From an uncultured bacterium (lineage in GTDB: Bacteria > Bipolaricaulota > Bipolaricaulia > RBG-16-55-9 > DRJF01): a stretch of 64,000 nucleotides of DNA. This document shows positions 27,832-41,927 of the stretch, in pieces. The position numbers and the translations under genes are program-made. Location of the stretch: assembly GCA_913053845.1 (NCBI GenBank), contig CAJXGD010000007.1:382-64381 (forward strand), written 5' to 3'. Within the stretch, counting starts at the first letter, position 1; the number at the start of each line of letters is the position of its first letter. The notes beneath the pieces were generated by a model that saw only the letters and a list, made by a program, of their open reading frames with translations, did no database searches and was not told the DNA's origin.

Positions 27832-29825
27832 GCCGTCTGATAGGGCGCAATCGCCTGACCCGCGCGCTCTTCTTCGGAGCGCTCGATCTGGTCTGGATCG
27901 GCCTGGCGATCTACATCGCCTTCCTGCTGCGCTTCGACGGCCGGATCTCGCCAAACTACGCCGCGCGGCTCTGGATTTACTGGGGGATCGCCCTGGCGCT
28001 CAAGCTGCCAATCTTCGCCCTACAAGGTCTCTATCGCATGAGCTGGGCTTATGTGAGCTTGGAAGACCTGTTGGCCGTGCTGCGCGCCGCTACGTTGAGC
28101 TCGCTACTCCTGGGCATGGTCTTGTTCTTCTTAGGGCGCGAAAGCTCGCTCTTCAGCGATTTTCCCCGCTCGGTGCTGATTATAGACTATTTGCTCACGA
28201 TAAGCTTCATCGGTGGCTTTCGCCTCTGGAAGCGAATTTATCTTCGCCTGCGCTCGCGAGGAGTGCGGCCGGGGCGGCCAGCACTGATCGTGGGCGCCGG
28301 GGACGCCGGCGAGCAGTTGGCCCGCAACATGCTGAGCGAGCGCGCCTCCGGCTGGAGTCCGATCGGCTTCGTGGACGACGATCCGGCCAAGCGAGGGCTC
28401 TCGCTGCACGGCCTGCCGGTGTTGGGCACGCGGGCCGACCTGCCACAGATTATCAAGGCCTATAATATCGAGCTGGTGCTGGTGGCCTTGCCCGCGGTGC
28501 GCGGCCGGGTGATCCGCCAGATCGTCACCCTGGCCCGTGAGGCCGGAGTGCCCAAAATCGAGATCCTGCCCGGCATCCATGAGCTGCTCAGCGGGCAGGT
28601 CAGCTTGTCGCAAGTGCGTGAGGTGCAACCGGAAGATCTGCTGGGACGCGATCCGGTGCAGATTGATAGCCGGGAGATCTCGTGTTATCTCAAGGGCAAA
28701 CGGGTGCTGGTCACCGGGGCAGCCGGCTCGATCGGCCGCGAGCTCTCTCGGCAGGTGCTCAAGTTCGCTCCGGCCCGGCTGGCCCTGCTCGATCAGGATG
28801 AGACAGCGCTCTTTCTCTTGGGCAATGAGTTGAGCCGGGTCTTTCCCAGTGATCAGACCGCAATCATGCCGGTTTTGGCCGATGTGCGCGATGCGGCCAA
28901 GATCTCCCAGGTGTTCAGCGCCGAACGGCCCGAGATCATCTTCCATGCCGCGGCCTACAAGCACGTGCCGGTAATGGAAGCCCAGCCGGAGGAGGCGATT
29001 AAGACCAACGTGCGCGGCACCCGCCTGCTGGCCCAGGCGGCCTTGGAATCGGGCGCCGAAAAGTTCCTGCTCATTTCGACCGACAAGGCGGTCCGTCCCA
29101 GCTCGGTGATGGGTGCCTCCAAGCGGGTGGCCGAGCTGATCATGCAGGCGCTGGCCACCCAGAGAGCGACCAGCTTTTTCGCCGTGCGCTTCGGCAACGT
29201 GCTAGGTAGCCGAGGCAGCGTGATACCGATATTGCAGGAGCAGATCAAGCGTCGCGGGCCGGTGACCATCACCCATCCGGGAATGAAGCGCTATATGATG
29301 GCCATCTCCGAGGCAGTCGCGTTGGTATTGCAGGCCGGCGCCCTGGGCCAGGGGGGCGAGGTCTTCGTGCTGGACATGGGCCGGCCGGTTAAAATACTCG
29401 ATCTGGCCCGCGAGCTGATTCGCTTCTCGGGCTATGAGCCGGAGGTGGATATTCCCATAGTCTTCAGCGGCGCGCGCCCCGGCGAGAAGCTCTTTGAAGA
29501 CCTGCTGAGCGCCGAAGAGGGCACCGAGGCCACCCGGCATGAGAAAATCTACGTGACCCGCTTGAGCACCTCCTGGGAGCCGAGGGCGCTCTTTGAGGCC
29601 AGCGGGCAACTGGAGCAGGCAGCCGAGCGCGGCGACCGCGAGGCGGTGCTGGCCGGCTTGCGGGAGCTGGTGCCGACCTATCGGCCGCAGGTGATCGACG
29701 CGCCGGTCTCCGTAGGGGCACCCCTGGTGGGTGCCCAGGATGCAGGCGCCCCAGATAGGGCAGGCACAAGGCCCGCCCCTACATCATCAGGCGAGATCCA
29801 TCCTAAAAATGGGGGTGGCAGATGA
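27828..29825 (+). CDS. Membrane-anchored UDP-GlcNAc 4,6-dehydratase (PglF/CapD, Polysacc_synt_2)
   Basis: N-terminal TM helices, VLVTGAAGSIGRELSRQV, AAYKHVPVME and STDKAVRPSSVMGASKRVAE. The last 40 or so codons run through a REP-like palindromic element. Confidence 0.85.
   Translation: MSRLIGRNRLTRALFFGALDLVWIGLAIYIAFLLRFDGRISPNYAARLWIYWGIALALKLPIFALQGLYRMSWAYVSLEDLLAVLRAATLSSLLLGMVLFFLGRESSLFSDFPRSVLIIDYLLTISFIGGFRLWKRIYLRLRSRGVRPGRPALIVGAGDAGEQLARNMLSERASGWSPIGFVDDDPAKRGLSLHGLPVLGTRADLPQIIKAYNIELVLVALPAVRGRVIRQIVTLAREAGVPKIEILPGIHELLSGQVSLSQVREVQPEDLLGRDPVQIDSREISCYLKGKRVLVTGAAGSIGRELSRQVLKFAPARLALLDQDETALFLLGNELSRVFPSDQTAIMPVLADVRDAAKISQVFSAERPEIIFHAAAYKHVPVMEAQPEEAIKTNVRGTRLLAQAALESGAEKFLLISTDKAVRPSSVMGASKRVAELIMQALATQRATSFFAVRFGNVLGSRGSVIPILQEQIKRRGPVTITHPGMKRYMMAISEAVALVLQAGALGQGGEVFVLDMGRPVKILDLARELIRFSGYEPEVDIPIVFSGARPGEKLFEDLLSAEEGTEATRHEKIYVTRLSTSWEPRALFEASGQLEQAAERGDREAVLAGLRELVPTYRPQVIDAPVSVGAPLVGAQDAGAPDRAGTRPAPTSSGEIHPKNGGGR
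29712..29782. repeat. Composite GTAGGGGC...GCCCCTAC palindromic element inside the 3' end of the PglF-like ORF
   Basis: The outer arms are GTAGGGGC (29712-29719) and GCCCCTAC (29775-29782). There is an inner hairpin GGGCACCC-ctggt-GGGTGCCC. The element translates as VGAPLVGAQDAGAPDRAGTRPAPT. Confidence 0.45.
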
Positions 29826-31057
29826 CCGTTTACGATGTCATCGTGGTGGGCGCCGGGCCGGCCGGCTCGGTGGCGGCCAGGACGGCCGCCCAGGAGGGAG
29901 CGCATGTGCTGCTCCTGGAAGAGCATCTCCAGGTCGGTCATCCGGTCCGCTGCACCGGCCTGCTCAGCGTGCGCGGCGTCGAGCAAGCGGGGGTCTCTAG
30001 GGATGTGCTCCTGCGGCCCATCCGCGGGGCGTTCATCTACGGTCCCGAGGGGGAGCGGCTGACGGTCGGAGGCCCCGCGCCCAAGGGCTACGTGATGGAC
30101 CGCGGTCGCTTTGACCAGGATCTGGTTGAACAAGCCAGCCACGCCGGCGTCCAAGTCGTCATCGGGGCGCGGGCCTGCGCGCTCACTCGCAGCACTGCAA
30201 GTTCTGAACTAGTCTTCAGGCGAGACGGCCGAGAAGAGCGGGTCCGAGGACGGGTGATCATCGGCGCCGACGGGCCGCAGAGCCGGGTGGCCCATTGGGC
30301 CGGCCTGCCGCGCCCCCGGCGGATGATCGCCGCACTGCAGGTGACGATCGCCCACGAGCCGGAGCGTCCCGACTTCGTGGAAGTCTTCGTCGGACGCCAG
30401 ATAGCCCCTGACTTCTTCGCCTGGGCGGTGCCAGCCGGGCCGGGAGAGGCGCGGGTGGGGCTGGGCACCAGCCAAGGGCCGCAGATACGGGCTCTACTGG
30501 ACAAGCTGCTCGAGCGTTGGGGCGCGCCGCGGCGGCTCAGCGAAGAGTCAGGCGTTATCCCCTTAGGGCTGCCGGAGCGGACTGTCACAGATGGGATCAT
30601 GCTCGTTGGCGATGCCGCCGGCCAGGCCAAGCCGACCTCCGGGGGTGGCATCTATACCGGCACGAGCTGCGCCCGCATCGCCGGCGAGGTGGCCGCGCGG
30701 GCGGCCCTCTCCGGCAGGAGCGATCGGCGGACGCTCTGGGAGTATGAGCGCCGCTGGCGAGCCCTGCTGGAGCGCGAGTTGCGCTTCGGCTTTCAGGCTC
30801 ATCAGGCGCTCAGGCGCCTAGGCGATGGCGATCTCTCGCGGCTCTTCCGCGCGGCGGATCACCCGCAACTGCTGGCCCTACTGGGTGAGCACGGCGACAT
30901 TGACTACACCAGCCGAGCACTGCGGGCGATGCTGCGGCGACCCAGGCTCTGGGGACGAGTGCTGCGGGCCATCCCCTTCGATCTTCAAGCACTACTGGAG
31001 CTCTTGGGGGGAGCGCCCGAGGACATTGCCCAATACGCTAAAGGAGAGTCTCAGTAG
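29822..31057 (+). CDS. Geranylgeranyl-reductase-family FAD-dependent oxidoreductase
   Basis: YDVIVVGAGPAGSVAARTAAQEG...VRCTGLLS, IIGADGPQSRVA and VGDAAGQAKPTSGGGIYTG. There is an ATGA start/stop overlap with the upstream gene and a 2-nt gap to the downstream gene. Confidence 0.75.
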   Translation: MTVYDVIVVGAGPAGSVAARTAAQEGAHVLLLEEHLQVGHPVRCTGLLSVRGVEQAGVSRDVLLRPIRGAFIYGPEGERLTVGGPAPKGYVMDRGRFDQDLVEQASHAGVQVVIGARACALTRSTASSELVFRRDGREERVRGRVIIGADGPQSRVAHWAGLPRPRRMIAALQVTIAHEPERPDFVEVFVGRQIAPDFFAWAVPAGPGEARVGLGTSQGPQIRALLDKLLERWGAPRRLSEESGVIPLGLPERTVTDGIMLVGDAAGQAKPTSGGGIYTGTSCARIAGEVAARAALSGRSDRRTLWEYERRWRALLERELRFGFQAHQALRRLGDGDLSRLFRAADHPQLLALLGEHGDIDYTSRALRAMLRRPRLWGRVLRAIPFDLQALLELLGGAPEDIAQYAKGESQ

Positions 31058-31059
31058 AT

Positions 31060-35146
<4,087 letters not shown>

Positions 35147-35152
35147 GCAACG

Positions 35153-35806
35153 ATGGCCTATTACTATCTGGAGACGGACGGACGGGTCTATCTGATCGAG
35201 GAGCGGGGCCGCTTGGCCTTCCCCCAGGAGCGCCAGCAGTTGCCCTGCGAGGTCGAGGTATTGCGTCAGATAGAGATCGCCGGGGAGAAGGTGCTCTACT
35301 GCAAGCCATTGATAGATTATTATCCCCGCGACTGGCAGCATAAAGACCTGATCCCCAGCTTGGACCGCGCTCAGCCGCTGGTGCGGCTGGCGGTGCACAC
35401 CAGCTTGCCCCGGGTAGTCACCGAGGCGCTCATCCCCGGTGAAGCCGGCCAACTGCTGCTGGTCAAGGCCAGTCGGGGCTTCAACGCCGGAAAGTGGACC
35501 TTGCCCGGCGGCTTCGTGGGCTACGGCGAAACCCCGGAGCAGGCGACCGAGCGCGAGGTGGGTGAGGAGATCGGCGTGCCCTGCCAATTGAAGCGCTTCT
35601 TGGGGTTGGAGAGCTTTTTCGGCTCTCAGTCTTATTCCATGTGGTATATGTTCTTCTATGAAGTGGAGCTACGCGGTATGACCTTCCGGCCGGCTCCCGA
35701 TGAGATCGCCGAGATCGGCTGGTTCCCGCTGACCGCAGCCCTGGCTCAGTTGCAGGGGGTCAAGCGCGAAGTGGTCCAGAGTTTCTATCAGGCTAGCGCC
35801 CCTTGA
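35153..35806 (+). CDS. NUDIX hydrolase with N-terminal extension
   Basis: Nudix box GGFVGYGETPEQATEREVGEEIG. Confidence 0.75.
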   Translation: MAYYYLETDGRVYLIEERGRLAFPQERQQLPCEVEVLRQIEIAGEKVLYCKPLIDYYPRDWQHKDLIPSLDRAQPLVRLAVHTSLPRVVTEALIPGEAGQLLLVKASRGFNAGKWTLPGGFVGYGETPEQATEREVGEEIGVPCQLKRFLGLESFFGSQSYSMWYMFFYEVELRGMTFRPAPDEIAEIGWFPLTAALAQLQGVKREVVQSFYQASAP

Positions 35807-35865
35807 GTCAGGCACAGATTGCAGCCTCCGGCCCGGTATAGTACACTTTCGCCGGAGGGGGACGT

Positions 35866-36522
35866 ATGGGCAAGGAATGGATCTATCGGCTGATCACTCG
35901 GCTGTCGGGGGGGATCGCCCGGCTGCTCTTCGGCCTTAAAATTCACGGACGGGCTAATATTCCCTCTGGCCACGGCTTCCTGCTGATCGCTCGTCATCGC
36001 AGCTATTGGGATATCCCGCTGCTGGCCGTGGCGCTGAAGCCAGAGCGGCGGATCCATTTTGTAGCCCGCCGGACGCTCCAGCGCAACCTGCTGCTGCGTC
36101 CCTTGATCAAGAACTTGACTATTACAATTGACCGCGAGCATTTTCGCCTGCAAGACTATCGCCGGATCAGCCAGGCTCTGGAGGCGGACAAGATCGTGGG
36201 CATCTTTCCCGAGGGCACGATGACGAACACCGAGACGATTCGCAGCGGGGTGGTGCGCTTCGCCGAGCGTAGCGGACGGCCGATACTGCCGATCAGGATT
36301 GCGGCCCGGGGGCCGTATCCGCCGCACTATCCCTTCGGCCTGCCCCGGATAGATATCTGGATCGGGCAGAGCTTCCGGCTCGCGGAGCTGGAGTCGGAGC
36401 TAAACCGGACGTTGTCGCGTCAGGAGCGCTATGCCCAGTTGGGCCAGGCACTGATGCAGCGGATTGACCGGGCCGGCCTCCCGGCGGAGCGGCCGCTGAC
36501 CGCCGGTCAGGAGCTGCGATGA
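35866..36522 (+). CDS. plsC: 1-acyl-sn-glycerol-3-phosphate acyltransferase
   Basis: HX4D block ARHRSYWD and a FPEGT block. Confidence 0.8.
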   Translation: MGKEWIYRLITRLSGGIARLLFGLKIHGRANIPSGHGFLLIARHRSYWDIPLLAVALKPERRIHFVARRTLQRNLLLRPLIKNLTITIDREHFRLQDYRRISQALEADKIVGIFPEGTMTNTETIRSGVVRFAERSGRPILPIRIAARGPYPPHYPFGLPRIDIWIGQSFRLAELESELNRTLSRQERYAQLGQALMQRIDRAGLPAERPLTAGQELR

Positions 36523-37400
36523 TCGAGATCATTCGGGCCAAGAGCGCCGGTTTTTGCTTCGGCGTGGAGCGCATCGTCAAGATGGCCGAGGCGCTGACCC
36601 AGCAGCCGGCAGGTCCGGTCTACTGTCTGGGCGAGCTGATTCACAATCCTCAAGAGGTCGAGCGGATTCGCGCCCAAGGGATGCGCTTTATCACCGGGCC
36701 GGACGAACTGCCACCGTTGGCACCCGGCCAGCAGGCGCGGGTGCTCATCCGGGCCCACGGCGTGGCCCCGCAGGTCAAGCGGGCCATCACAGAGCGAGGC
36801 TATCAGCTCTCCGACGGGACCTGTCCGCTGGTGACCATCCCGCATCAATTTGCCCGCAAGCTGGTCCAGGACGGCTATCGGCTGGTGATCATGGGCCACC
36901 GGGAGCATCCGGAGATCCAAGGCATCTTGGGGGAGTTGGCCGACCTGCCGGAGGGCCGGGTGGACGTGGTCTCCGGCCCGGAGGAGCTGGAGCGGCTGGA
37001 GCTGCGGGCCGGTGATCGGGTGGGGCTGATCTCCCAGACGACTCATCCCTACGAGCGCTTCGCCCGGTTGGTCGGCGAGGTGCTGGCTCGCACCCTGGAG
37101 GTGCGAGCTTACAACACCATCTGTCAGGCGACCAGCGAGCGGCAGGGGGCGACGCTGGCCCTGGCCAAGGAGGTCCCGCTGTTGATCGTGGTCGGCGGGC
37201 GCCGCAGCTCAAACACCAATCGCTTAGTGGAGATTGCATCCCTTTATACCGAGTGTTATCATCTGGAGGATGCCGCAGAACTGAAAAAGGAGTGGTTCAA
37301 TGGCGTAGAAAAGGTCGGAATTGCGGCGGGGGCTTCCACCCCGGAGCGGAGCATTCAAGAGGTCGAACTGACAATCAGAGCGTTGGTAGGTGATGGTTAA
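36519..37400 (+). CDS. ispH: 4-hydroxy-3-methylbut-2-enyl diphosphate reductase
   Basis: GFCFGVERIV, GTCPLVT and GGRRSSNTNRL. ATGA overlap with plsC. Confidence 0.9.
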   Translation: MIEIIRAKSAGFCFGVERIVKMAEALTQQPAGPVYCLGELIHNPQEVERIRAQGMRFITGPDELPPLAPGQQARVLIRAHGVAPQVKRAITERGYQLSDGTCPLVTIPHQFARKLVQDGYRLVIMGHREHPEIQGILGELADLPEGRVDVVSGPEELERLELRAGDRVGLISQTTHPYERFARLVGEVLARTLEVRAYNTICQATSERQGATLALAKEVPLLIVVGGRRSSNTNRLVEIASLYTECYHLEDAAELKKEWFNGVEKVGIAAGASTPERSIQEVELTIRALVGDG

Positions 37401-37401
37401 G

Positions 37402-39063
37402 ATGGCAGAGAGCAAGATGGAAGAGTTTTTCACCGAGAAGGACGTACAGATGTACAGCCGCGGCGACGTCTTGCGCGGCCGCGTGCTGCAGGTCAACGAG
37501 ACAGGCGTGCTGGTGGACATCGGCTACAAATCGGAAGCTCAGATGCGACGGACCGATCTGGCCCCCTTCCGCAACCAGGAGATCGCCCCCGGCGAGGAGA
37601 TCGAGGTCCTGGTCACTTATATAGACGAGGATGAAGGGACGGTCTATGTCTCCGAGAAGCAAGCGATCTACGAGAAGCGCATCGGCGAGTTGGAGCGCAT
37701 CTATCACGATCGCGGCTATGTCAAAGGGTTCATTGAAGACGTGGTCAAGGACGCCGGTTATCACGTCAATCTCAACGGGATTAGGGCCTTTCTCCCCGGC
37801 TCACACTTGGGCAACGATCTGCCGGCCGACATCGGCAAATTGCGCGGCCAGGAGGCGACCTTCGCCATTCTGGAACTGGACCGACGCGAGAAGAATTTGG
37901 TGGTCTCTCATAAGCGGTATTTGCAGGATCAGGAACGCCAACGGCTGGATCAGATCTTCTCCCAATTGGAAGTAAGTCAGGTCGTCGAGGGCCAGGTCAA
38001 GAGCATCGTAGAGTTTGGCCTCTTCGTGGACATCGGCGGCTTTGAGGGGCTGGTGCACCGTTCCGAGATCAGTTGGAAGGACCTGCCGGCGCCACCCTCC
38101 AGCTATAAGGTCGGCGACCCGGTGACGGTTAAGGTGCTGGATTTCGATCGCAAGCGCCAACGGATCAGCCTGAGCATCAAGCGACTGCGCCCCGATCCTT
38201 GGATCGACATCTGCGAGCGCTACCCCGTGGGTCAGGTATTCTCCGGCGAGGTGGTCAGCATCACCAACTTCGGAGCCTTTGTGCGCTTGGAGCCGGACGT
38301 AGAAGGCTTGGTGCACATCTCCGAGCTTTCCTGGGGTTATCCTGAGGACCCTCATGAGGTGGTCCAGGTGGGCCAGACGGTCAAGGCAGTGGTGCTCGAT
38401 TGCAACAAGGGCAACCGCCGGATCAGCCTGAGCATGAGGCGCGCCGAGCCCGACCCCTGGGCCCTGGTGGAAGAGCATTATCCGCAAGGGGCGGTAGTGA
38501 TGGGTGCGGTCACCAAGCTCACAGACTTCGGGGCCTTCGTCCAACTGGAGGATGGCATCGAGGCGCTGCTGCACATCTCGGAGATGAGCTGGGAGCATGT
38601 GGCCCGCCCGGGTGACGTGGTGCAGCCTGGCGACCAGATCAGTGCCAAGGTGCTCAAGGCCGACGGCGCCAAGCGCAAGATCCGCCTCTCGCTGCGCGCC
38701 CTGCAGGAGGACCCCTGGCACAAGTTCTTGCAGAACTTCCAGTTGGGCTCGATCGTGGAAGGGCCGATCTCCGAGATCAAGGATTTCGGGGCTTTCTTGA
38801 AATTGACCGATGAGGTCGAAGGACTGATCCACGTCTCCGAGGTCACCGACGAGCGCATCGCCACCCCGGCCGAGGTGCTCAAAGTGGGTCAGGTGGTCAA
38901 GGCCCGCATCATCGGGATTAACGAGGAGAAGCGCCAAGTGCGCCTCAGCATGCGCAACCTGGAGGTTCAAGAGCAACAGGAACACGCCCTGGAGGAGGCT
39001 GGTCCCTCAGGCTTCACCATGCGCGAGCTGCTCAAGGGCAAATCGTTTGAGGAGACCGGTTGA
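37402..39063 (+). CDS. rpsA: 30S ribosomal protein S1
   Basis: Six S1 domains, each with G.V..I..FGAFV-type blocks. ATG 37402 lies 9 nt after AGGTGA. The ORF track starts earlier, at GTG 37390. Confidence 0.9.
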   Translation: MAESKMEEFFTEKDVQMYSRGDVLRGRVLQVNETGVLVDIGYKSEAQMRRTDLAPFRNQEIAPGEEIEVLVTYIDEDEGTVYVSEKQAIYEKRIGELERIYHDRGYVKGFIEDVVKDAGYHVNLNGIRAFLPGSHLGNDLPADIGKLRGQEATFAILELDRREKNLVVSHKRYLQDQERQRLDQIFSQLEVSQVVEGQVKSIVEFGLFVDIGGFEGLVHRSEISWKDLPAPPSSYKVGDPVTVKVLDFDRKRQRISLSIKRLRPDPWIDICERYPVGQVFSGEVVSITNFGAFVRLEPDVEGLVHISELSWGYPEDPHEVVQVGQTVKAVVLDCNKGNRRISLSMRRAEPDPWALVEEHYPQGAVVMGAVTKLTDFGAFVQLEDGIEALLHISEMSWEHVARPGDVVQPGDQISAKVLKADGAKRKIRLSLRALQEDPWHKFLQNFQLGSIVEGPISEIKDFGAFLKLTDEVEGLIHVSEVTDERIATPAEVLKVGQVVKARIIGINEEKRQVRLSMRNLEVQEQQEHALEEAGPSGFTMRELLKGKSFEETG

Positions 39064-39117
39064 CCCCTGAGAGCTTAGCGCCGAAGCCTTGAGCCTAAGC
39101 GGGCAAAGGCGGGTAAC

Positions 39118-39696
39118 GTGTTGGCTTTCCTAGCCGGGCTGTTCTTCTATCTCCTGGGGACGATTCCGTTCAGCTATTTGATCGTCCGCTGGCGCCAGGG
39201 GGGCGACATCCGCCGACTGGGCAGTGGTAACTCCGGCGCGAGCAATGTAGTCCGCCAGTCAGGCCTGATCTACGGGATCGCCGCTTTTGCACTGGATTTT
39301 CTCAAGGGAGCTCTCTCTGCTTATCTGGCCCGGCGTTGGGGATTGCCCCTCTGGTTGGCTGGCCTGGCCGTGGTCGGCCACGACTGGTCTCCCTGGCTGC
39401 GCTTCCGGGGAGGCAAGGGAGTGGCGACCAGCTTGGGCCTGATCTTGGTGCTCTCCTGGCCGACGCTGCTGATCACCGTGGGCATCTGGCTACTGACCGT
39501 GATGCTCAGCGGCTGGGCCTCGCTGGCCTCGCTGCTGGCGCTGGGGCTCTCCCCCTTGGCACTGCTGCTGCGCGAGAGCTCATTGAGCAATCTGCTCTTT
39601 TTAGTCGGCCTGGCGCTGCTGGCCGCCGGGCGCCATCATAAGAATATCGCCCGCCTGATCCGTGGAAAGGAGCGCTCGCTCTTCAAGAAGACGTAG
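39118..39696 (+). CDS. plsY: Glycerol-3-phosphate acyltransferase PlsY
   Basis: GSGNSGASNVVR and GGKGVATSLG; polytopic, 192 aa. Confidence 0.85.
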   Translation: MLAFLAGLFFYLLGTIPFSYLIVRWRQGGDIRRLGSGNSGASNVVRQSGLIYGIAAFALDFLKGALSAYLARRWGLPLWLAGLAVVGHDWSPWLRFRGGKGVATSLGLILVLSWPTLLITVGIWLLTVMLSGWASLASLLALGLSPLALLLRESSLSNLLFLVGLALLAAGRHHKNIARLIRGKERSLFKKT

Positions 39697-39799
39697 TGCG
39701 ACCAGATCTCGGGCGAGCGCACCCTCCTGGAGGCTGCTCCCATGGCAAGATTCAAGGGCTTGTGCCTTGCCCCGTCAAGCCGTACTATGACAGATCGCT

Positions 39800-40624
39800 A
39801 TGCTGAAAAAACTCTTGGCTGCCGCCCGGCACAACGACAGTTGGCTCTGCGTGGGTCTCGATCCGCAGCCTACCCTATTGCCCCGGCCATTGGCGCGGGC
39901 TTCTCAGGCGGAGGCCATCTGGGAGTTCAATAGGCAGATCATCGAGGCCACCAGCGAGCTGGTCTGCGCCTACAAACCCAACATCGCCTTCTACGAGGCG
40001 CTGGGCCCGCGCGGCCTGGAGATCTTGCAACGAACTCGCGAGCACATTCCGGCCCACCTGCCGGTGATCTGCGATGCTAAACGCGGCGATGTCGCCCACA
40101 CTAACAAAGCCTACGCCCAGGCGCTCTTCAGCTTGTACAACTTCGATGCGGTGACGGTCAACCCTTATCTAGGCTTCGAGGCACTGGAACCCTGGCTATC
40201 CTACCCGGATAAAGGCCTGTTCCTACTTTGTCGTACCTCCAATCCCGGTGCCGGACAGTTTCAAGACTTGAATTGCGTCGGCCGGCCTCTCTACACCCAA
40301 ATCGCCACCGCAGCCGCCCGTTGGGACCAATCCTGGTCTGGACGACTGGGCTTGGTGGTCGGGGCGACCTATCCCACGGAGCTGGCCACCGTGCGCCAGA
40401 TAGTGGGCGAAGCGATGCCGCTGCTGCTGCCAGGCGTAGGAGCGCAGGGAGGAGATTTAGTACAAGCAGTTCAGGCAGGCATGAATGAAGCCGGCGAGTT
40501 GGCACTGATCAGCGTCAGTCGCAGCGTAATTTACGCTTCGGCGGGTGCAGATTTTGCCTCGGCCGCCCGCGCTGCAGCACAGCAGTTGCGCAACCAGATC
40601 AATCGGGCACGCCGGCGCGACTAG
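39800..40624 (+). CDS. pyrF: Orotidine 5'-phosphate decarboxylase (type 2)
   Basis: LCVGLDP and VICDAKRGDVAHT; 274 aa. Confidence 0.85.
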   Translation: MLKKLLAAARHNDSWLCVGLDPQPTLLPRPLARASQAEAIWEFNRQIIEATSELVCAYKPNIAFYEALGPRGLEILQRTREHIPAHLPVICDAKRGDVAHTNKAYAQALFSLYNFDAVTVNPYLGFEALEPWLSYPDKGLFLLCRTSNPGAGQFQDLNCVGRPLYTQIATAAARWDQSWSGRLGLVVGATYPTELATVRQIVGEAMPLLLPGVGAQGGDLVQAVQAGMNEAGELALISVSRSVIYASAGADFASAARAAAQQLRNQINRARRRD

Positions 40625-40627
40625 GGG

Positions 40628-40699
40628 TGGGCGAACCAGGACTTGAACCTGGGACCTCCTGCGTGTGAGGCAGGCGCTCTCCCACTGAGCTATTCGCCC
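40628..40699 (-). tRNA. tRNA-Val (anticodon CAC)
   Basis: Folded by hand: GGGCGAA/TTCGCCC acceptor, GCTC/GAGC D stem, CCTGC-CTCACAC-GCAGG anticodon arm, CCAGG-TTCAAGT-CCTGG T arm, discriminator A. CCA is not encoded. Confidence 0.85.
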
Positions 40700-40745
40700 T
40701 AAGTCACCCGGTTAGCTTAGCAGAGCCGGCCGGAGGATGCAACGC

Positions 40746-41927
40746 TCAAGGCTCGTTCAGTAGTTGATTGCCCATGCGATCGGCCAGGCTCTCCGTCTCC
40801 CGTTTGCGAGTGATCTCCGCCAACCCCAAGGGGGTCAGATCGATGAAATCCGCCGGCACACGGTCCTTCTTCAGCTCGCTCCGCAGCTTGCGGATCACCT
40901 TACGCTCGGACTCCCGACGCTTCATGTCCACGAAATCTACCACGATGATCCCGCTGATCTTGCGCAGGCGAAGCTGCCGGGGGATCTCACAGGCTGCCTC
41001 CAAATTGCTGTTTAAGATGGCCAACTCTTGGTCTTTATGATGGGTGTCCCTGCCAGTGTTGACATCAATGGCCGTCAGCGCTTCCGTCTCGGCGATGATC
41101 AGCGAGCCCCCGCCGGGCAAGGGCACACGCGGCTGCAAACTGAAGCGTATCTGCTCCTCCACGTCGCGCAGCTCAAAGAGCGGCTGCTGATCCTCATAGA
41201 GCTGGATCCGCCGTTTGTGGTCGCGCAGATGGAGATAGTCCAGGAAATCCAAGATATCTTGATAGGTAGCCTGATCGTCCACTATGACCTGGTGGATATC
41301 ATCGAGCAGGCGATCGCGCAACAGATTGCGGATCAACCCTTGCCCATGATAGATTAGCTTCGGGGCCTTGGCCTTGGCTGCCTCCTCCTCGATCCCCTTC
41401 CAGGTGCCTAGCAGATAGTTAAAATCCCGTTCCAAGTCCTCACGTGAGGCGCCGGCCGAGGCGGTGCGCGCGATCAGGCCCTCATTGGGACGCTTGATCG
41501 CCCGTGCGATCTCTTTGAGACGCTCGCTCTCCTTGGGATCATCAATGCGCCGCGAGATGCCCAGTCGCCGATCCTTGGGGAGAAAGACCCAGTAGCGCCC
41601 GGCCAAGCTGAACCGGGTCGTGCCTTGAGGGTTCTTGCTGCCAATCCCCTCCCGCTTGATCTGGACCAGCAACTCTTGGGAGCTGTGCAGCACCTTGTTG
41701 ATGGGAAAAGGTTGTCCCCGATGGTAACCGCGGTCGACCAGCAACTCCTCATTGATCTCCTTGGCCGAGACGAAGAGATTGTCCACCTCACCCACGTCCA
41801 CAAAGGCCGAACTCAAGCCACTGAGCACATCTTTGACTACGCCTTTGTAAATATTACCGACCAATCTCTTCCGCTGGGGATCCTCATAGTAGATCTCTGA
41901 TAACCGATTGTCTTCTAGGATCGCCAC
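40746..41927 (-). CDS. rng: Ribonuclease G/E family (Rng/CafA); the true start is probably upstream, near 41972
   Basis: S1 domain GNIYKGVVKDVLSGLSSAFVDVG, GLIARTASAGA and IIVVDFVDM. Coordinates follow the ORF track (GTG 41927). Fifteen further in-frame codons (IEKEILISARSAIKR) look like genuine RNase G N-terminus; see findings. Confidence 0.85.
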   Translation of the reverse strand: MAILEDNRLSEIYYEDPQRKRLVGNIYKGVVKDVLSGLSSAFVDVGEVDNLFVSAKEINEELLVDRGYHRGQPFPINKVLHSSQELLVQIKREGIGSKNPQGTTRFSLAGRYWVFLPKDRRLGISRRIDDPKESERLKEIARAIKRPNEGLIARTASAGASREDLERDFNYLLGTWKGIEEEAAKAKAPKLIYHGQGLIRNLLRDRLLDDIHQVIVDDQATYQDILDFLDYLHLRDHKRRIQLYEDQQPLFELRDVEEQIRFSLQPRVPLPGGGSLIIAETEALTAIDVNTGRDTHHKDQELAILNSNLEAACEIPRQLRLRKISGIIVVDFVDMKRRESERKVIRKLRSELKKDRVPADFIDLTPLGLAEITRKRETESLADRMGNQLLNEP

